Assembly: GCA_963775685.1 (NCBI GenBank)
Contig: CAVZJV010000014.1
Location: 2,208,001 to 2,272,000 of the forward strand
Length of the DNA stretch: 64,000 nt
Reading direction: 5' to 3'
DNA from: Candidatus Bathyarchaeota archaeon
Lineage (GTDB): Archaea > Thermoproteota > Bathyarchaeia > Bathyarchaeales > Bathycorpusculaceae
This document shows positions 35,411 to 45,491 of the stretch, in pieces (within the stretch, counting starts at the first letter, position 1; every line of letters starts with the position of its first letter). The notes beneath the pieces are model-generated. The model was given only the letters and a program-made list of their open reading frames with translations. It was not told the origin of the DNA and did no database searches. Made by a program: the position numbers and the translations under genes.

Positions 35411-35481
35411 TTCTCCCTACTCCCGGGTTTTATTTTTGGTTGGCGGAACGGGTAGGAGAATCCACTCACCCGCCAATTGCC
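35411..35481 (-). ncRNA. Candidate cis-regulatory RNA (riboswitch-like pseudoknot) in the queT-queC leader
   Basis: TTGGCGG/CCGCCAA stem; loop TTCTCCTACCCG complementary to CGGGAGTAGGGAGAA (SD region); A-rich linker; TATA-like TTTTTAGG ~27 nt upstream. Confidence 0.65.
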
Positions 35482-35589
35482 TATAAAAGTTCCAATGTCC
35501 CCTAAAAAGCTTTAGTTAAACAATTTAATTTTGAAAAGGTTCTTGCAAACATCTTAGATTCAAAAACTAAGTTGATGAAGAGTAAGACT

Positions 35590-35960
35590 CTCAATTTGAC
35601 CAAACATTTTCAAAGTAGGCAACCAACACTTTTACGAACTCAGGATTGTCTGATCATAAACTTGGCGCAATTTCATTATCATACACCGTTCTTACACACA
35701 TGTTCGCATTCTTTCCATCATAGATCGCTGCCTTAATTGGGACAGCGTTAATTACACATCGAACCTCGAACAATGGATTAATTTGTCTCTTTATCATCTT
35801 GATAAATTTCTCGTCACTGCATCTCTGTGTTATGATCCGAATTTTCACCCCTTTCTTCAGAGTCTGCTGATATATTTGAAAGTGACTAAAAAACAACGGT
35901 CTGATAGTAAACCAGTCACCCATAACGTCAATGTTGGTTTTTGCATTTGAATCCTCAAAT
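35590..35960 (-). pseudogene. TrmB-type regulator C-terminal domain remnant
   Basis: LKKGVKIRIIT...PLFEVR...AIYDGK...PSL*SDNPEFVKVLVAYFENV; premature stop, N-terminal HTH absent. Confidence 0.6.
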
Positions 35961-36208
35961 TCAAATTGAGTTGCTTATGGTGGCTCTTTTTAGATAAAAA
36001 AATTGCAATTTTTCTTTTTTTGTTATGTCTTTAACAATTATACTATGTTGCGCTCGGTCAGCTAAAAGATACTTTTTCATTACATTTATTCAATAGTTAC
36101 ATAATGTTTGATCGATTACTTGGTGCTGATAAGATAGTTTGATTGCGACTTTTTATGCTTTGATGACCAAAAATAATCTTTCCACACACGTCTGGCCATG
36201 GCAATTTG

Positions 36209-36254
36209 TTAGTCAAGAAAGTTTGACTAAATTTAGTCAAGGAAATTTGACGAA
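36209..36254. promoter_or_regulatory. Tandem operator array TTAGTCAA-N6-TTGAC(T/G)AA x2
   Basis: Contains the perfect 18-bp palindrome TTGACTAAATTTAGTCAA at 36223-36240. Confidence 0.6.
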
Positions 36255-36308
36255 AATGCATTTTAAAGGTGGATGAAAATAGGGAGTCAATGGAGAGATG
36301 AGCAGGAT

Positions 36309-36479
36309 ATGGCGTTAAACCACTATATAATAAACCATAGACTTCTGATACAAATGCAGAAGAACGGATGCATTTTCTGTGCAATATGTCATCAACCCAT
36401 CGTTGAAGGGCAGCGAGTAGCTTCCAGAAAAAGCACATCTGTGCGGCATGAAGAATGTTATCAATGGTCATTTGTTTAA
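36309..36479 (+). CDS. Small zinc-finger protein (CxxC...HxxC)
   Basis: FCAICHQPIVEGQRV...RHEECY; AGGA SD upstream. Confidence 0.6.
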   Translation: MALNHYIINHRLLIQMQKNGCIFCAICHQPIVEGQRVASRKSTSVRHEECYQWSFV

Positions 36480-36680
36480 CGCAAAGCCTCGCAAACTTTG
36501 AAATAAGCAAGAAGGGATGCAAGTTAGATAAGGCGTCTCGGTTCGTTAACATAGCAAATAAACGTGCACAGCTAACAGCACCTTTTGCGAAATATTAATA
36601 AATCTCTCGGAAAGATTAGATGATGCTACTTCCTAGTGGATGGCATTCCGATTAAACGGAGTTTTAGGGAGCACAAAACT

Positions 36681-37325
36681 ATGTCACAAAACAATTCAGC
36701 TAGCCAGCTAGTCCTTAAAGGCACAACAACAATAGGCGTCGTCTGCAAAGATGGCGTAATCTTGGCTTCAGATACAAGAGTGACCATGGGTTACTACGTT
36801 GCACACAAGTTCGGCAAAAAAGTCTACAAAATCGACGACCATATGGGTATGACCATCGCAGGAACCGTTGCTGACGCGCAAAGAGTGGTTGATATATTAA
36901 CCGCCAACGCGCATCTCTATAAAATTAACCTGAACCGACCCATGCCAATCAGCTCTGCGGCAAGGCTTGTAGCAAACCTGCTGTTCTCAGCTAGGTATGT
37001 GCCCCTGTCAACACAGGTATTGGTCGGTGGCATAGATGAAACTGGTCCCCACGTTTTTAACTTGGATCCTTACGGAAGCTTAACCGAGGAGAAATCTGTC
37101 TCCACTGGATCCGGTTCACCCGTCGCTTACGGTATTCTTGAAGACAAGTTCCGTGAAGGTATGACTATTGCTGAGGTTTTGCCTACCATCGCTAAGGCCG
37201 TCAATGCAGCTATGAAGCGTGATGTTGCAAGCGGCAACAACTACAATATCATTGTAATCGACGAGTTCGGTTACAAGGAATTATCAGACGAGGAGAAAAG
37301 CAAACTCCTCAAAGCAGGAAGCTAA
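36681..37325 (+). CDS. psmB: Proteasome beta subunit
   Basis: Propeptide then KG/TTTIG, ASDTRVT, GSGS. Confidence 0.96.
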   Translation: MSQNNSASQLVLKGTTTIGVVCKDGVILASDTRVTMGYYVAHKFGKKVYKIDDHMGMTIAGTVADAQRVVDILTANAHLYKINLNRPMPISSAARLVANLLFSARYVPLSTQVLVGGIDETGPHVFNLDPYGSLTEEKSVSTGSGSPVAYGILEDKFREGMTIAEVLPTIAKAVNAAMKRDVASGNNYNIIVIDEFGYKELSDEEKSKLLKAGS

Positions 37326-37330
37326 ATACA

Positions 37331-39271
37331 TTGGCTCGAACCCAAGAAAGACGGACCCAAGAAAAAGACAAAGAAAAGATAGAAATAAGCCAATACATTT
37401 TGCAGAAAGTTCCTCGTGAAGCAGAAGTTACTCGAATCGAATATGAAGGTCCCATGCTGGCGGTTTACACTAAAAAACCAGAAATCTTAGTTGACCAAAG
37501 TAGTATTGTGGCTGAAATCGTCGGAGTCATACGAAAAAGAATAGTCATCCGACCTGACCCGTCCGTGCGAATTCCTGAGGTAGAAGCAGAAAAAATCGCA
37601 CGTGAACTTATTCCTGCGGAAGCAGAAGTAACAGACATTAATTTTGATCCAAGCCTTGGCGAAATCATCATTGAAACTAAAAAGCCAGGTCTAGTCATTG
37701 GTAGAAACGGAGCGGTCCTGCAGGAGATTATAAAGAAAACTAAGTGGCGCCCTCATGTGCTTCGGAGCCCACCGATTAAATCCAAGATTGTTACTCACAT
37801 GCGCCATTACCTTCACTCTGAGAGTAAAGAGCGCGAACGCATCTTGCGTACAGTGGGAGAACGTATCTTTAGACCCAAAACATTTGATGTGGGCGACATA
37901 CGCATGACCGTTTTAGGTGGCGCTCAGGAAGTCGGACGCAGCGCATTTCTGATAAAAACACGCGAAAGTGCCGTACTTTTGGATTGCGGCATTCACCCGG
38001 GTTCCCAGAGACCTTTTGAGTCATTTCCACGTTTTGATTGCCCAGAGTTCCAGCTTGACTCTTTGGATGCGGTTGTTATAAGTCATGCTCATCTTGATCA
38101 TTGCGGCTTAGCTCCCTTCCTCTACAAATACGGCTATGATGGTCCAGTTTACTGTACCGCGCCGACATCAAATTTGATGACTATGCTGCAACTCGATTAT
38201 TTGGATGTTGCAAGTAAACAGGGTGTTACCCCCTTCTATGACCAAAAAGACGTTCGTGAATGTGTCTTGCACACGATTCCCCTCCGGTACGGTGTTGTCA
38301 CGGACATTGCACCCGACATCCGTTTAACCCTGCACAATTCAGGCCACATATTGGGTGGCGCTATGGTTCACCTTCACATCGGTGAAGGTTTACATAATAT
38401 TGTTTACACCAGCGATTACAAGTTCGCACGGACAATGCTTCTTGAGGCGGCCGCTACGGAGTTCCCGCGAATCGAAACAGTAATCACCGAGAGCACTTAT
38501 GGTGGCACCGAAGACTTTGCGCCATCCCGAATTGAAGCAGAAGAAGCCCTGACCAGAGTCATCAACCAAACCTTGGAGCGTAAGGGTAAAGTTCTCATAC
38601 CAGTTCCCGCTGTTGGCAGAGCCCAAGAAATCATGCTCATCATCAATGGCTACATGAAGCGTGGTTTAATGAAGGAGGCGCCAGTGTTCATTGAAGGTAT
38701 GATTAGCGAAGCCACAGCAATTCACACAGCCTACCCCGAATACTTGGGCAGGGAAGTCCGCCACAGCATCCTGCATGAAGAAGTCAATCCATTCCAATCA
38801 GACTACTTCACCATTGTTGAGCACCCAAGCATCCGCCAAAGCATAATTGATGGCGAACCATGCGTTGTCTTGGCTACTTCAGGCATGCTTGAGGGCGGTC
38901 CAGTTATCGAGTACTTTAAAAACTGGGCAAGCAACGAGCGGAACACAATCATATTTGTCAGTTACCAAATCGAAGGCACCATGGGGAAACGTGTCCAGAA
39001 GGGCGTGAGCGAAGTCACCATGATGGATAACGAAGGCAAAATGGCAGCTTTGTCAGTTAAAATGCAGACAGAGTCAATTGAGGGGTTCTCAGGTCACTCG
39101 GACAGACGCCAACTCGTAAACTACCTGACTCATCTAAGCCCAAAGCCTGAACGCATATTCGTTGTCCATGGTGAAAAACAGAAAACTATGTCATTTGCTA
39201 ACTTTATGGATAACAAAGCGGGCATAAACACGGTTGTTCCAGCTATTCTGGAAACTTATAGGCTACTGTAA
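37331..39271 (+). CDS. fttA: aCPSF1/FttA beta-CASP ribonuclease (transcription termination factor)
   Basis: N-terminal KH domains, GGAQEVGRS, SHAHLDHCG, FSGHSD; adjacent to psmB as usual. Confidence 0.96.
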   Translation: MARTQERRTQEKDKEKIEISQYILQKVPREAEVTRIEYEGPMLAVYTKKPEILVDQSSIVAEIVGVIRKRIVIRPDPSVRIPEVEAEKIARELIPAEAEVTDINFDPSLGEIIIETKKPGLVIGRNGAVLQEIIKKTKWRPHVLRSPPIKSKIVTHMRHYLHSESKERERILRTVGERIFRPKTFDVGDIRMTVLGGAQEVGRSAFLIKTRESAVLLDCGIHPGSQRPFESFPRFDCPEFQLDSLDAVVISHAHLDHCGLAPFLYKYGYDGPVYCTAPTSNLMTMLQLDYLDVASKQGVTPFYDQKDVRECVLHTIPLRYGVVTDIAPDIRLTLHNSGHILGGAMVHLHIGEGLHNIVYTSDYKFARTMLLEAAATEFPRIETVITESTYGGTEDFAPSRIEAEEALTRVINQTLERKGKVLIPVPAVGRAQEIMLIINGYMKRGLMKEAPVFIEGMISEATAIHTAYPEYLGREVRHSILHEEVNPFQSDYFTIVEHPSIRQSIIDGEPCVVLATSGMLEGGPVIEYFKNWASNERNTIIFVSYQIEGTMGKRVQKGVSEVTMMDNEGKMAALSVKMQTESIEGFSGHSDRRQLVNYLTHLSPKPERIFVVHGEKQKTMSFANFMDNKAGINTVVPAILETYRLL

Positions 39272-39298
39272 GGATAAGAAAAGTGAAATTTAGAAAAT

Positions 39299-39865
39299 TT
39301 AAGCCGCTGTTGGTAAAGGCTCATTGCTGCTTGAAACTGGCGCAGGCGTTTTTTCTCTCCAAATCCTTACTGTTTTTGGAGTTATGACCACTCTTTCTTC
39401 GCCGAGACGTGCAATGTCGCCGCCTATTGAATCAGCGAACTGGAAGAGATCGTTAACTGCAGTTTTAACGTCTTCTATACTTTTGCCCGCAAGAGGCGTA
39501 ACACGTAAAATTATGATGTTACCTTTTTTTACCTCTGTTTTGATGTTATCAAGATCCGATAGTTCACGAAGTGGCATGGCTTTAAGGTAAGTTTTGCTTG
39601 GAGTTTCGGTGGTCGTAGGCATCTGCTCGAAAGGCTCTGGAGCAGGTTCTTCTGGTTGTTCCTGGGCGGGAGCATCGATTTCTGGGGGTTGCTCCTGGGT
39701 TGCCGTGAGAGGTTGCTCTGCTGCCTCCTGTGTTGTGGTCGTAGGCGTCTCTTGAGGTGCTTCTTGGGGTTGAGCTGGTGTTTCTGATTGGGCTTGTTCT
39801 TGAGGAGGCACGTTTGGTGTTTCCTGTTCAGGTTGCTTCTTTTTGTGGAATAGATTGAAGGGCAT
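39299..39865 (-). CDS. sepF: Cell division protein SepF with long acidic Pro/Gln/Thr linker
   Basis: IKTEVKKGNIIILRVTPL...IGGDIARLGEERVVITP. Confidence 0.85.
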   Translation of the reverse strand: MPFNLFHKKKQPEQETPNVPPQEQAQSETPAQPQEAPQETPTTTTQEAAEQPLTATQEQPPEIDAPAQEQPEEPAPEPFEQMPTTTETPSKTYLKAMPLRELSDLDNIKTEVKKGNIIILRVTPLAGKSIEDVKTAVNDLFQFADSIGGDIARLGEERVVITPKTVRIWREKTPAPVSSSNEPLPTAA

Positions 39866-40067
39866 TTTTTTCTCCTCTAAACCCATTAATATCAAAGCTT
39901 TAACAGTTAAGCGTTTCTTTACTTCATCACTGGCAAGGAGCTATATTTTACATTTGGTGGCACCTAAATATTTGATTTGTGTTTTTTTAGTTTCGTATTT
40001 CCAGGGTTTCAGAAAAGTCTAGCGTGATTAGGTGAATTTATCTTAGAGATAGGGAAAAAGCTCTTAT

Positions 40068-41390
40068 TCAATTTTTATGTTTAGTAAAATAAACTATTGC
40101 ACCTAAAGCCAGTGCAGCTAAGCCAAACAGGATTGCTAATTGAGTATAGTTGTTGGTTTTGTCTTGCACTTGTGGGTTTGTATTTTTTACTGGTTGTTGA
40201 GTGGGGTTATTTTGTAGCGATGTGCTTGTCGATTCTGAGTCAGGGATAGTGGACATAGTTGAGGGGTTTAAGGTTGTGTCTGAAGGGTTTGGGTTTGTTG
40301 GATCAGCTGTCAAATTGGTGGGCGAGGCGGGTGGTATTGGTGTGGCGGCAGTTGTTGATGAAGCAGGGGCTGTTGAGGGGTCAGGGTTGGTTGTGGGTGC
40401 AAGTGGGGTTTCTGTGGGGGCAGGCGGTGGTGTTGGGGAGGGAGTGGGAGTCGGCGCATCTGGGACATTGGGGTCAGGGGAGTCGAGGATAGGTAAATAG
40501 TTGATGTAGCTGGAGCATGAAGCATCATCATTTTTATCGTAAATCATAGAGTCGATTAATGTTGTGTTGGTTGTTCCCCAGAAGTTTTGAGAAGCATCCA
40601 TATCTGCGGTTGTTGAGGTTTTTTCTACTTCCAGAACTATGCTTGCCGTGTCGGTGAAGGAATTGTCGTTGACGCAGATTTTGCTTAGCCCATAACTTGC
40701 GTAGTTGTTGATGACGTAGCCTTGGTTTTTGGCGAATAAGTTGTATCTTACATAGACCATTCCTGAAGAGTTGGAGTAGTAGTCATCTGTTCCTATTTTG
40801 ATGCCTGCGGTATTTGTGAAGGTGTTATATTCTATGTATGAATCTTGGGAAGGATACCATAGGTACGAGTTTTCTGAGAGGTTGCTTAGGTCTGAATTGG
40901 TGAGGTTTAGATAAGCCGTGTTGTCAAGCCAAAAAGCACTGAAGCCATCTCTTATAATGCAGTAATCGAGTTCAACGAAACCCTTGGCAACGGGGTGATT
41001 TGTTTTAAAGAAATAAGAATTGCCGTTGCCATCAAAGACTATTTTGTTTGTTGCGTTGCCTTGTGCCTGGATGATTCCGTTTATCAGAAACATTGTATTG
41101 CTGGAGGATTGACTGGTGACTGTGACGCCAGGTTCGATTGTTAACATCACATTTTCTGGGATTTGTATAGTGTTTGTTATTATGTAGGGGCTATTTGCCT
41201 CTGTCCAGGTTGTGTTGCTGGTTATTGTTCCACCGACTTGTGTACCTGAATTGCCGGAGGCAACAATATTGTTGCTTGGAAGGCTAATTTGGAGAACCAG
41301 GAGTATGCTTGCTATTAGCAATGATGTCAGGAGGGTTTCTTTTTTGTGCTGTTTGTGATTTTCCAAGGGATAACCGGTTTGGTTAGACAT
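40068..41390 (-). CDS. Secreted beta-helix (pectin-lyase-like) surface protein with Pro/Thr linker and C-terminal TM anchor
   Basis: GGTITSNTTWT..NSPY...LTIEPGV, NFWGTT...IYD, PTPTP repeats. Confidence 0.75.
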   Translation of the reverse strand: MSNQTGYPLENHKQHKKETLLTSLLIASILLVLQISLPSNNIVASGNSGTQVGGTITSNTTWTEANSPYIITNTIQIPENVMLTIEPGVTVTSQSSSNTMFLINGIIQAQGNATNKIVFDGNGNSYFFKTNHPVAKGFVELDYCIIRDGFSAFWLDNTAYLNLTNSDLSNLSENSYLWYPSQDSYIEYNTFTNTAGIKIGTDDYYSNSSGMVYVRYNLFAKNQGYVINNYASYGLSKICVNDNSFTDTASIVLEVEKTSTTADMDASQNFWGTTNTTLIDSMIYDKNDDASCSSYINYLPILDSPDPNVPDAPTPTPSPTPPPAPTETPLAPTTNPDPSTAPASSTTAATPIPPASPTNLTADPTNPNPSDTTLNPSTMSTIPDSESTSTSLQNNPTQQPVKNTNPQVQDKTNNYTQLAILFGLAALALGAIVYFTKHKN

Positions 41391-41481
41391 TGCTGCCTTT
41401 TATTGTTTATTGAGATTGACTACAGATATTTAATTGTTCAACAATCCAACACAACAACAACAAAAGAAATAGAAAATTCTG

Positions 41482-41832
41482 TTAAATTAAAAGAACTGCA
41501 AAGTTGTTTATTACGGTGATTAATAGAAAAACCATTAAGCCCGCATAAGCTGTCTTCATGAGCTTGTTTGAGTACCTAAAGGCGCGAGTTTCTTTGTTAA
41601 GGGACTTGTTCAGGGTGCGTTTAGCTAAAATGTAGGTAAACCCAATTAAGAAAGTCGCTGAAACCTTAAGGACCAAAAAAGCCATTATATTTGTGTTAAC
41701 GATGCCAGTCATTAAGGGGTTAAGCTCGGAAGCTCCAAAATATATGACTCCTACAACAGTAGTTACAGCGTCGATGGAACCCAACAGTATAAGAAGCAAG
41801 CTAGGAAACAACTCTGCTTTTAAAGCATACAT
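41482..41832 (-). CDS. DUF5658-like membrane protein
   Basis: D..TT..G...GASELNPLM...FLVLK...NN pattern. Confidence 0.7.
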   Translation of the reverse strand: MYALKAELFPSLLLILLGSIDAVTTVVGVIYFGASELNPLMTGIVNTNIMAFLVLKVSATFLIGFTYILAKRTLNKSLNKETRAFRYSNKLMKTAYAGLMVFLLITVINNFAVLLI

Positions 41833-42142
41833 GAAGCCTTCTCCTTCTCCTCTGCTTCTCCTTCCTTCTCAAAACACAGTTATCCGACAGGGCTTAAGAA
41901 CCAGGTTGCCAAACTCGATATATTCCAAACATAAAACAGCAAAAAAGCTCTTCAAAGAGCCCTAACTAACTGCTAAATATTAATATCGCACGCATCCAAT
42001 TAAACATTCGCCGAATTTATGTGTAAATGATAGATAGTTTTTCAAACGATAGTTCACATGGGTGTTGATGTTTGAAAGGAACAGCTTTTTCCGCATAAGC
42101 CTTATATTTTAATGCTCGACTCTCTTGCTGAAGGCTTTATGC

Positions 42143-43219
42143 ATGCACAAGAAACTCTTAATTCCCGGTCCAACCGAAGTAAGCAAAGAAATCCTAGATG
42201 AACAGACCCATTTCCTAATTGGTCACAGAGAAAAAGAGTTCTCCGACCTCTACGGCGGAATAACCGACAAAATAGCCAAGTTTTTCCAACTAACCGCCGA
42301 TTATAAACCCACCGTAACCACCTCTTCAGGTACATTGTGGTTTGATATAATCGGTCGAAGTATCGTAAAACAGAACGCTTTAGCATGCGTTAATGGTGCT
42401 TTCTCACAACGGGCTGCGCAAACCCTTGCTGCATGTGGCAAAGAAACAGATGTTTTAGAAGTTGAAATGGGGAAGGCAATCAAACCTGAAATGGTTGCTG
42501 AAAAACTTGCTAGTAGAAAATACGACACACTGTCTGTTTGCCACAACGAAACCTCCACAGGCGTAAGAAACCCGATTGCTGAAATCGGCAAAATGGTTCG
42601 CAAAGAATATCCGGATATAATATTTGCCGTGGATGCTGTCTCTTCGATGGCTGGCGACAAAACTTTGCCCTCAGAATTTAATTGTGATATCCTGTTTGGT
42701 TCAACCCAAAAATGTTTCGCGCTCCCACCTGGCTTAGCAGTTGCACTCGTAAACGACAAAGCAATTGAGCGCGCCAAACAGGTCCCCAGCAGAGGAGCAT
42801 ACACCGACTTGGTGGACATCATTGAATTTGAAAAAAAACACCAAACTCCCTTCACCCCAAACATCCCGTTGCTCTATGCGTTAAACAAACGCATGGACCT
42901 CTTACTGGAGGAAAGCTACGACAAAGTTTACCAACGCCACAAAGACATGGCAACTTATACCCAGCAATGGGCGAAGAAGCATTTTACGATGTTTCCTGAA
43001 GAAGGATACGAATCAATAACCGTTAGTTGCATAAGCAACACCTTGGGCAAAAACGTCAAAGAACTCAATCAGAAACTCGCCGAAAAAGGCTACATGATTT
43101 CCGGAGGTTATGGCAAAATGGCTGAGAAAACCTTCCGCATCGGACATATGGGCGAGTGGAACCTTGCAGGAATCAAGGAAGTCATAGGGTTAATTGATCA
43201 GATTTGGGGATTAAAGTGA
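42143..43219 (+). CDS. Class V PLP aminotransferase (SerC-like / alanine-glyoxylate family)
   Basis: LLIPGPT, HNETSTG, VDAVSS, GSTQKCFALPPG, FRIGHMG. Confidence 0.9.
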   Translation: MHKKLLIPGPTEVSKEILDEQTHFLIGHREKEFSDLYGGITDKIAKFFQLTADYKPTVTTSSGTLWFDIIGRSIVKQNALACVNGAFSQRAAQTLAACGKETDVLEVEMGKAIKPEMVAEKLASRKYDTLSVCHNETSTGVRNPIAEIGKMVRKEYPDIIFAVDAVSSMAGDKTLPSEFNCDILFGSTQKCFALPPGLAVALVNDKAIERAKQVPSRGAYTDLVDIIEFEKKHQTPFTPNIPLLYALNKRMDLLLEESYDKVYQRHKDMATYTQQWAKKHFTMFPEEGYESITVSCISNTLGKNVKELNQKLAEKGYMISGGYGKMAEKTFRIGHMGEWNLAGIKEVIGLIDQIWGLK

Positions 43220-44112
43220 CCATTAAAATCCTCGTAAGCGACAAAATATTTGTCGAAGGCATCAGGCTTCTAGAAAAAAAAGGTTATAAAGTTACCTGCG
43301 CATGGGACAGCCCAAAAGCTGAGCTTCCAAAAATTATCGCAGACTATGACGTGTTAATCGTTCGTTCAGCAACCAAAGTCAAAGGCGAATTGCTTGACAA
43401 CGCCAAAAAACTCCGCATTATCGGTCGTGCAGGTGAAGGATTAGACAACATTGATTATGAGCGAGCCAATAAAATGGGCATCCAACTTGTGAATACACCC
43501 CACGTTTCATACGCGAGCGTTGCTGAGTTAACCATTGGTCACTTGTTGGCGCTGGCAAGAAACATCGTTCAGGGCACAACAAGTTTGCGTGAGGGCAAGT
43601 GGGAAAAAGAAGAATTAATGGGCAACGAGGTAAATGGCAAAACTTTGGGCGTTATCGGCTGCGGATACATAGGCAAAACCGTTGAGCGATTAGCTTTGGC
43701 TTTGGGCATGAAGGTTTTGCCCGTAGAGGAATGTGTCTATGATCGATTTGTTCCTCTTGGCGAGATGTTGCCCCAAGCAGACTTCATAACAATACATGTT
43801 CCATTAACCCCGCATACAAAACACATGATTTCCACAAAAGAATTTAATCTCATGAAAAAAGGCGCTATGTTGATTGACTGTTCGCGCGGAGGTGTAGTGG
43901 ATCAAGAAGCCCTCTACCAAGCCATCGTTTCAGGCAAAGTTGCTGGCGCTGCACTAGACGTTTTTGAAGAGGAACCCCCCAAAAACAGCAAACTCCTTAC
44001 TCTAAACAACGTGATTGCCACGCCACATATGGGTGCCCAGACTAATGAAGCACAGCTGAAGGCAAGCATACAAATAGCTAACGCAGTTATTGAAGCTCTG
44101 GAAAAAAAGTGA
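43216..44112 (+). CDS. serA: D-3-phosphoglycerate dehydrogenase (short form)
   Basis: LIVRSATKV, GRAGEGLDNID, GCGYIG, ALDVFEEEP, TPHMGAQT.EAQ. Confidence 0.85.
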   Translation: MTIKILVSDKIFVEGIRLLEKKGYKVTCAWDSPKAELPKIIADYDVLIVRSATKVKGELLDNAKKLRIIGRAGEGLDNIDYERANKMGIQLVNTPHVSYASVAELTIGHLLALARNIVQGTTSLREGKWEKEELMGNEVNGKTLGVIGCGYIGKTVERLALALGMKVLPVEECVYDRFVPLGEMLPQADFITIHVPLTPHTKHMISTKEFNLMKKGAMLIDCSRGGVVDQEALYQAIVSGKVAGAALDVFEEEPPKNSKLLTLNNVIATPHMGAQTNEAQLKASIQIANAVIEALEKK

Positions 44113-44122
44113 GTTGAGCGGT

Positions 44123-45400
44123 TTGGTAGAAATTAGACCCTTCAAAGCCTTGCGCTACACTCAAAAAGCTGGCGAAGCAGAGAGCCTTATCACGCAACCA
44201 TATGACAAAATTGATTCTCAGATGCAAAAAGAGTACTATGAGAAGTCGCCTTACAATTATTGCCGTTTAATTTTGCCTATAGAAGAAGATAAGTATGAAG
44301 TCGCAAACAAACGCATCATGGGGTGGTTAAAAGAAGGCATAATAGCTAAAGAAAACCAACCAGTAATCTTTGTATCGCGTCAAGAATTCGCTCTTGACGG
44401 CAAGAAGTTTCAGCGGACAGGCATAATTGCTGCTCTGAAACTTTACCCTTACAGCGAAAACAAGGTGTTCCCGCATGAAGCGACCTACAGGGCGCCAAAG
44501 GCTGACCGCTTAAACATGCTGCGCACAGTTCAAAAAGATCTAGAATCCGTGTTTTTGATGTATCAGGACCCAGAGGGTGACACCAAAACTTTTCTGGATG
44601 AAGCAAAGAAAACTGAACCCCTAATTCAAGTTACTGATGCTTTGAATGTTAGGCACACCGTTTGGAAGATAACTGAGATAGAGAAAATCAAGCAGTTGCA
44701 AAAGGTCTTGAGCTCCAAAACCATGGTGATAAACGACGGGCATCACCGTTACGAGAGTGCTTTGGCTTATCGAAACGAAATGCGCAACAAAGGCAGCTGG
44801 ACAGAGGATTCAGCCTTCAACTTCCAAATGAGCTACTTCGTGCCTGTTCAAGAAGAAGGACTGGTTGTCTTGCCAACTCACAGGTTACTGAAAAACTACA
44901 CGCTTACTGATGATTTGGTACATGCTTTCAAGTTTTTCTTCGACATGGAAGACGTTGAACCCAAAGTTGAGTCATTAGAGAATTTTCTTAAGACCCATAT
45001 TGACGAGCACGCTTTCTGCGTTTATGACGGTTCAAAGGCATATGGTTTATTGTTAAAGCATGATAAAGCAGTGTACGAGTTCGTTGATGCTAATGTTTCG
45101 AAGGAGACAAAAATCTTTGATGTAGTTATACTAAGAGACCTAGTTTTTAGGTTTATTCTTAAAACTGGCGAGTTAAGCATGGATGAGAACATCCTCTATG
45201 TACGCTGGACTAAGGCAGCTGTGGAGAAAATTAACCGTGGCGAAGCAAGTATCGCATTCCTGGTTAACCCGATTAGTGCGAAAACAGTTGCAGAAATAGC
45301 GCAACAACACGAACTCTTGCCTGAGAAAAGCACGGATTTTTATCCAAAGCTGGCGTCTGGCTTTATGATGATGGATATTTCTGCTAGCGAAAACCTCTAA
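44123..45400 (+). CDS. DUF1015 family protein
   Basis: IRPFKALRY, PYD.I, FPHE.T, DGHHRY, KSTDFYPKL. Confidence 0.9.
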   Translation: MVEIRPFKALRYTQKAGEAESLITQPYDKIDSQMQKEYYEKSPYNYCRLILPIEEDKYEVANKRIMGWLKEGIIAKENQPVIFVSRQEFALDGKKFQRTGIIAALKLYPYSENKVFPHEATYRAPKADRLNMLRTVQKDLESVFLMYQDPEGDTKTFLDEAKKTEPLIQVTDALNVRHTVWKITEIEKIKQLQKVLSSKTMVINDGHHRYESALAYRNEMRNKGSWTEDSAFNFQMSYFVPVQEEGLVVLPTHRLLKNYTLTDDLVHAFKFFFDMEDVEPKVESLENFLKTHIDEHAFCVYDGSKAYGLLLKHDKAVYEFVDANVSKETKIFDVVILRDLVFRFILKTGELSMDENILYVRWTKAAVEKINRGEASIAFLVNPISAKTVAEIAQQHELLPEKSTDFYPKLASGFMMMDISASENL

Positions 45401-45491
45401 ACGCATTTTTGGTTTTAGCTCTTTCTTGTTAAAAACAATTATTAAGTGATTGATAGAAACTGAAAGCCAATCATAAAAAAGAGGAGAAAAA

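Noticed and set aside
40200-40480. Repetitive GGTGTTGG-type sequence
   Set aside because: Encodes the Pro/Thr linker of a surface protein, not a DNA repeat element
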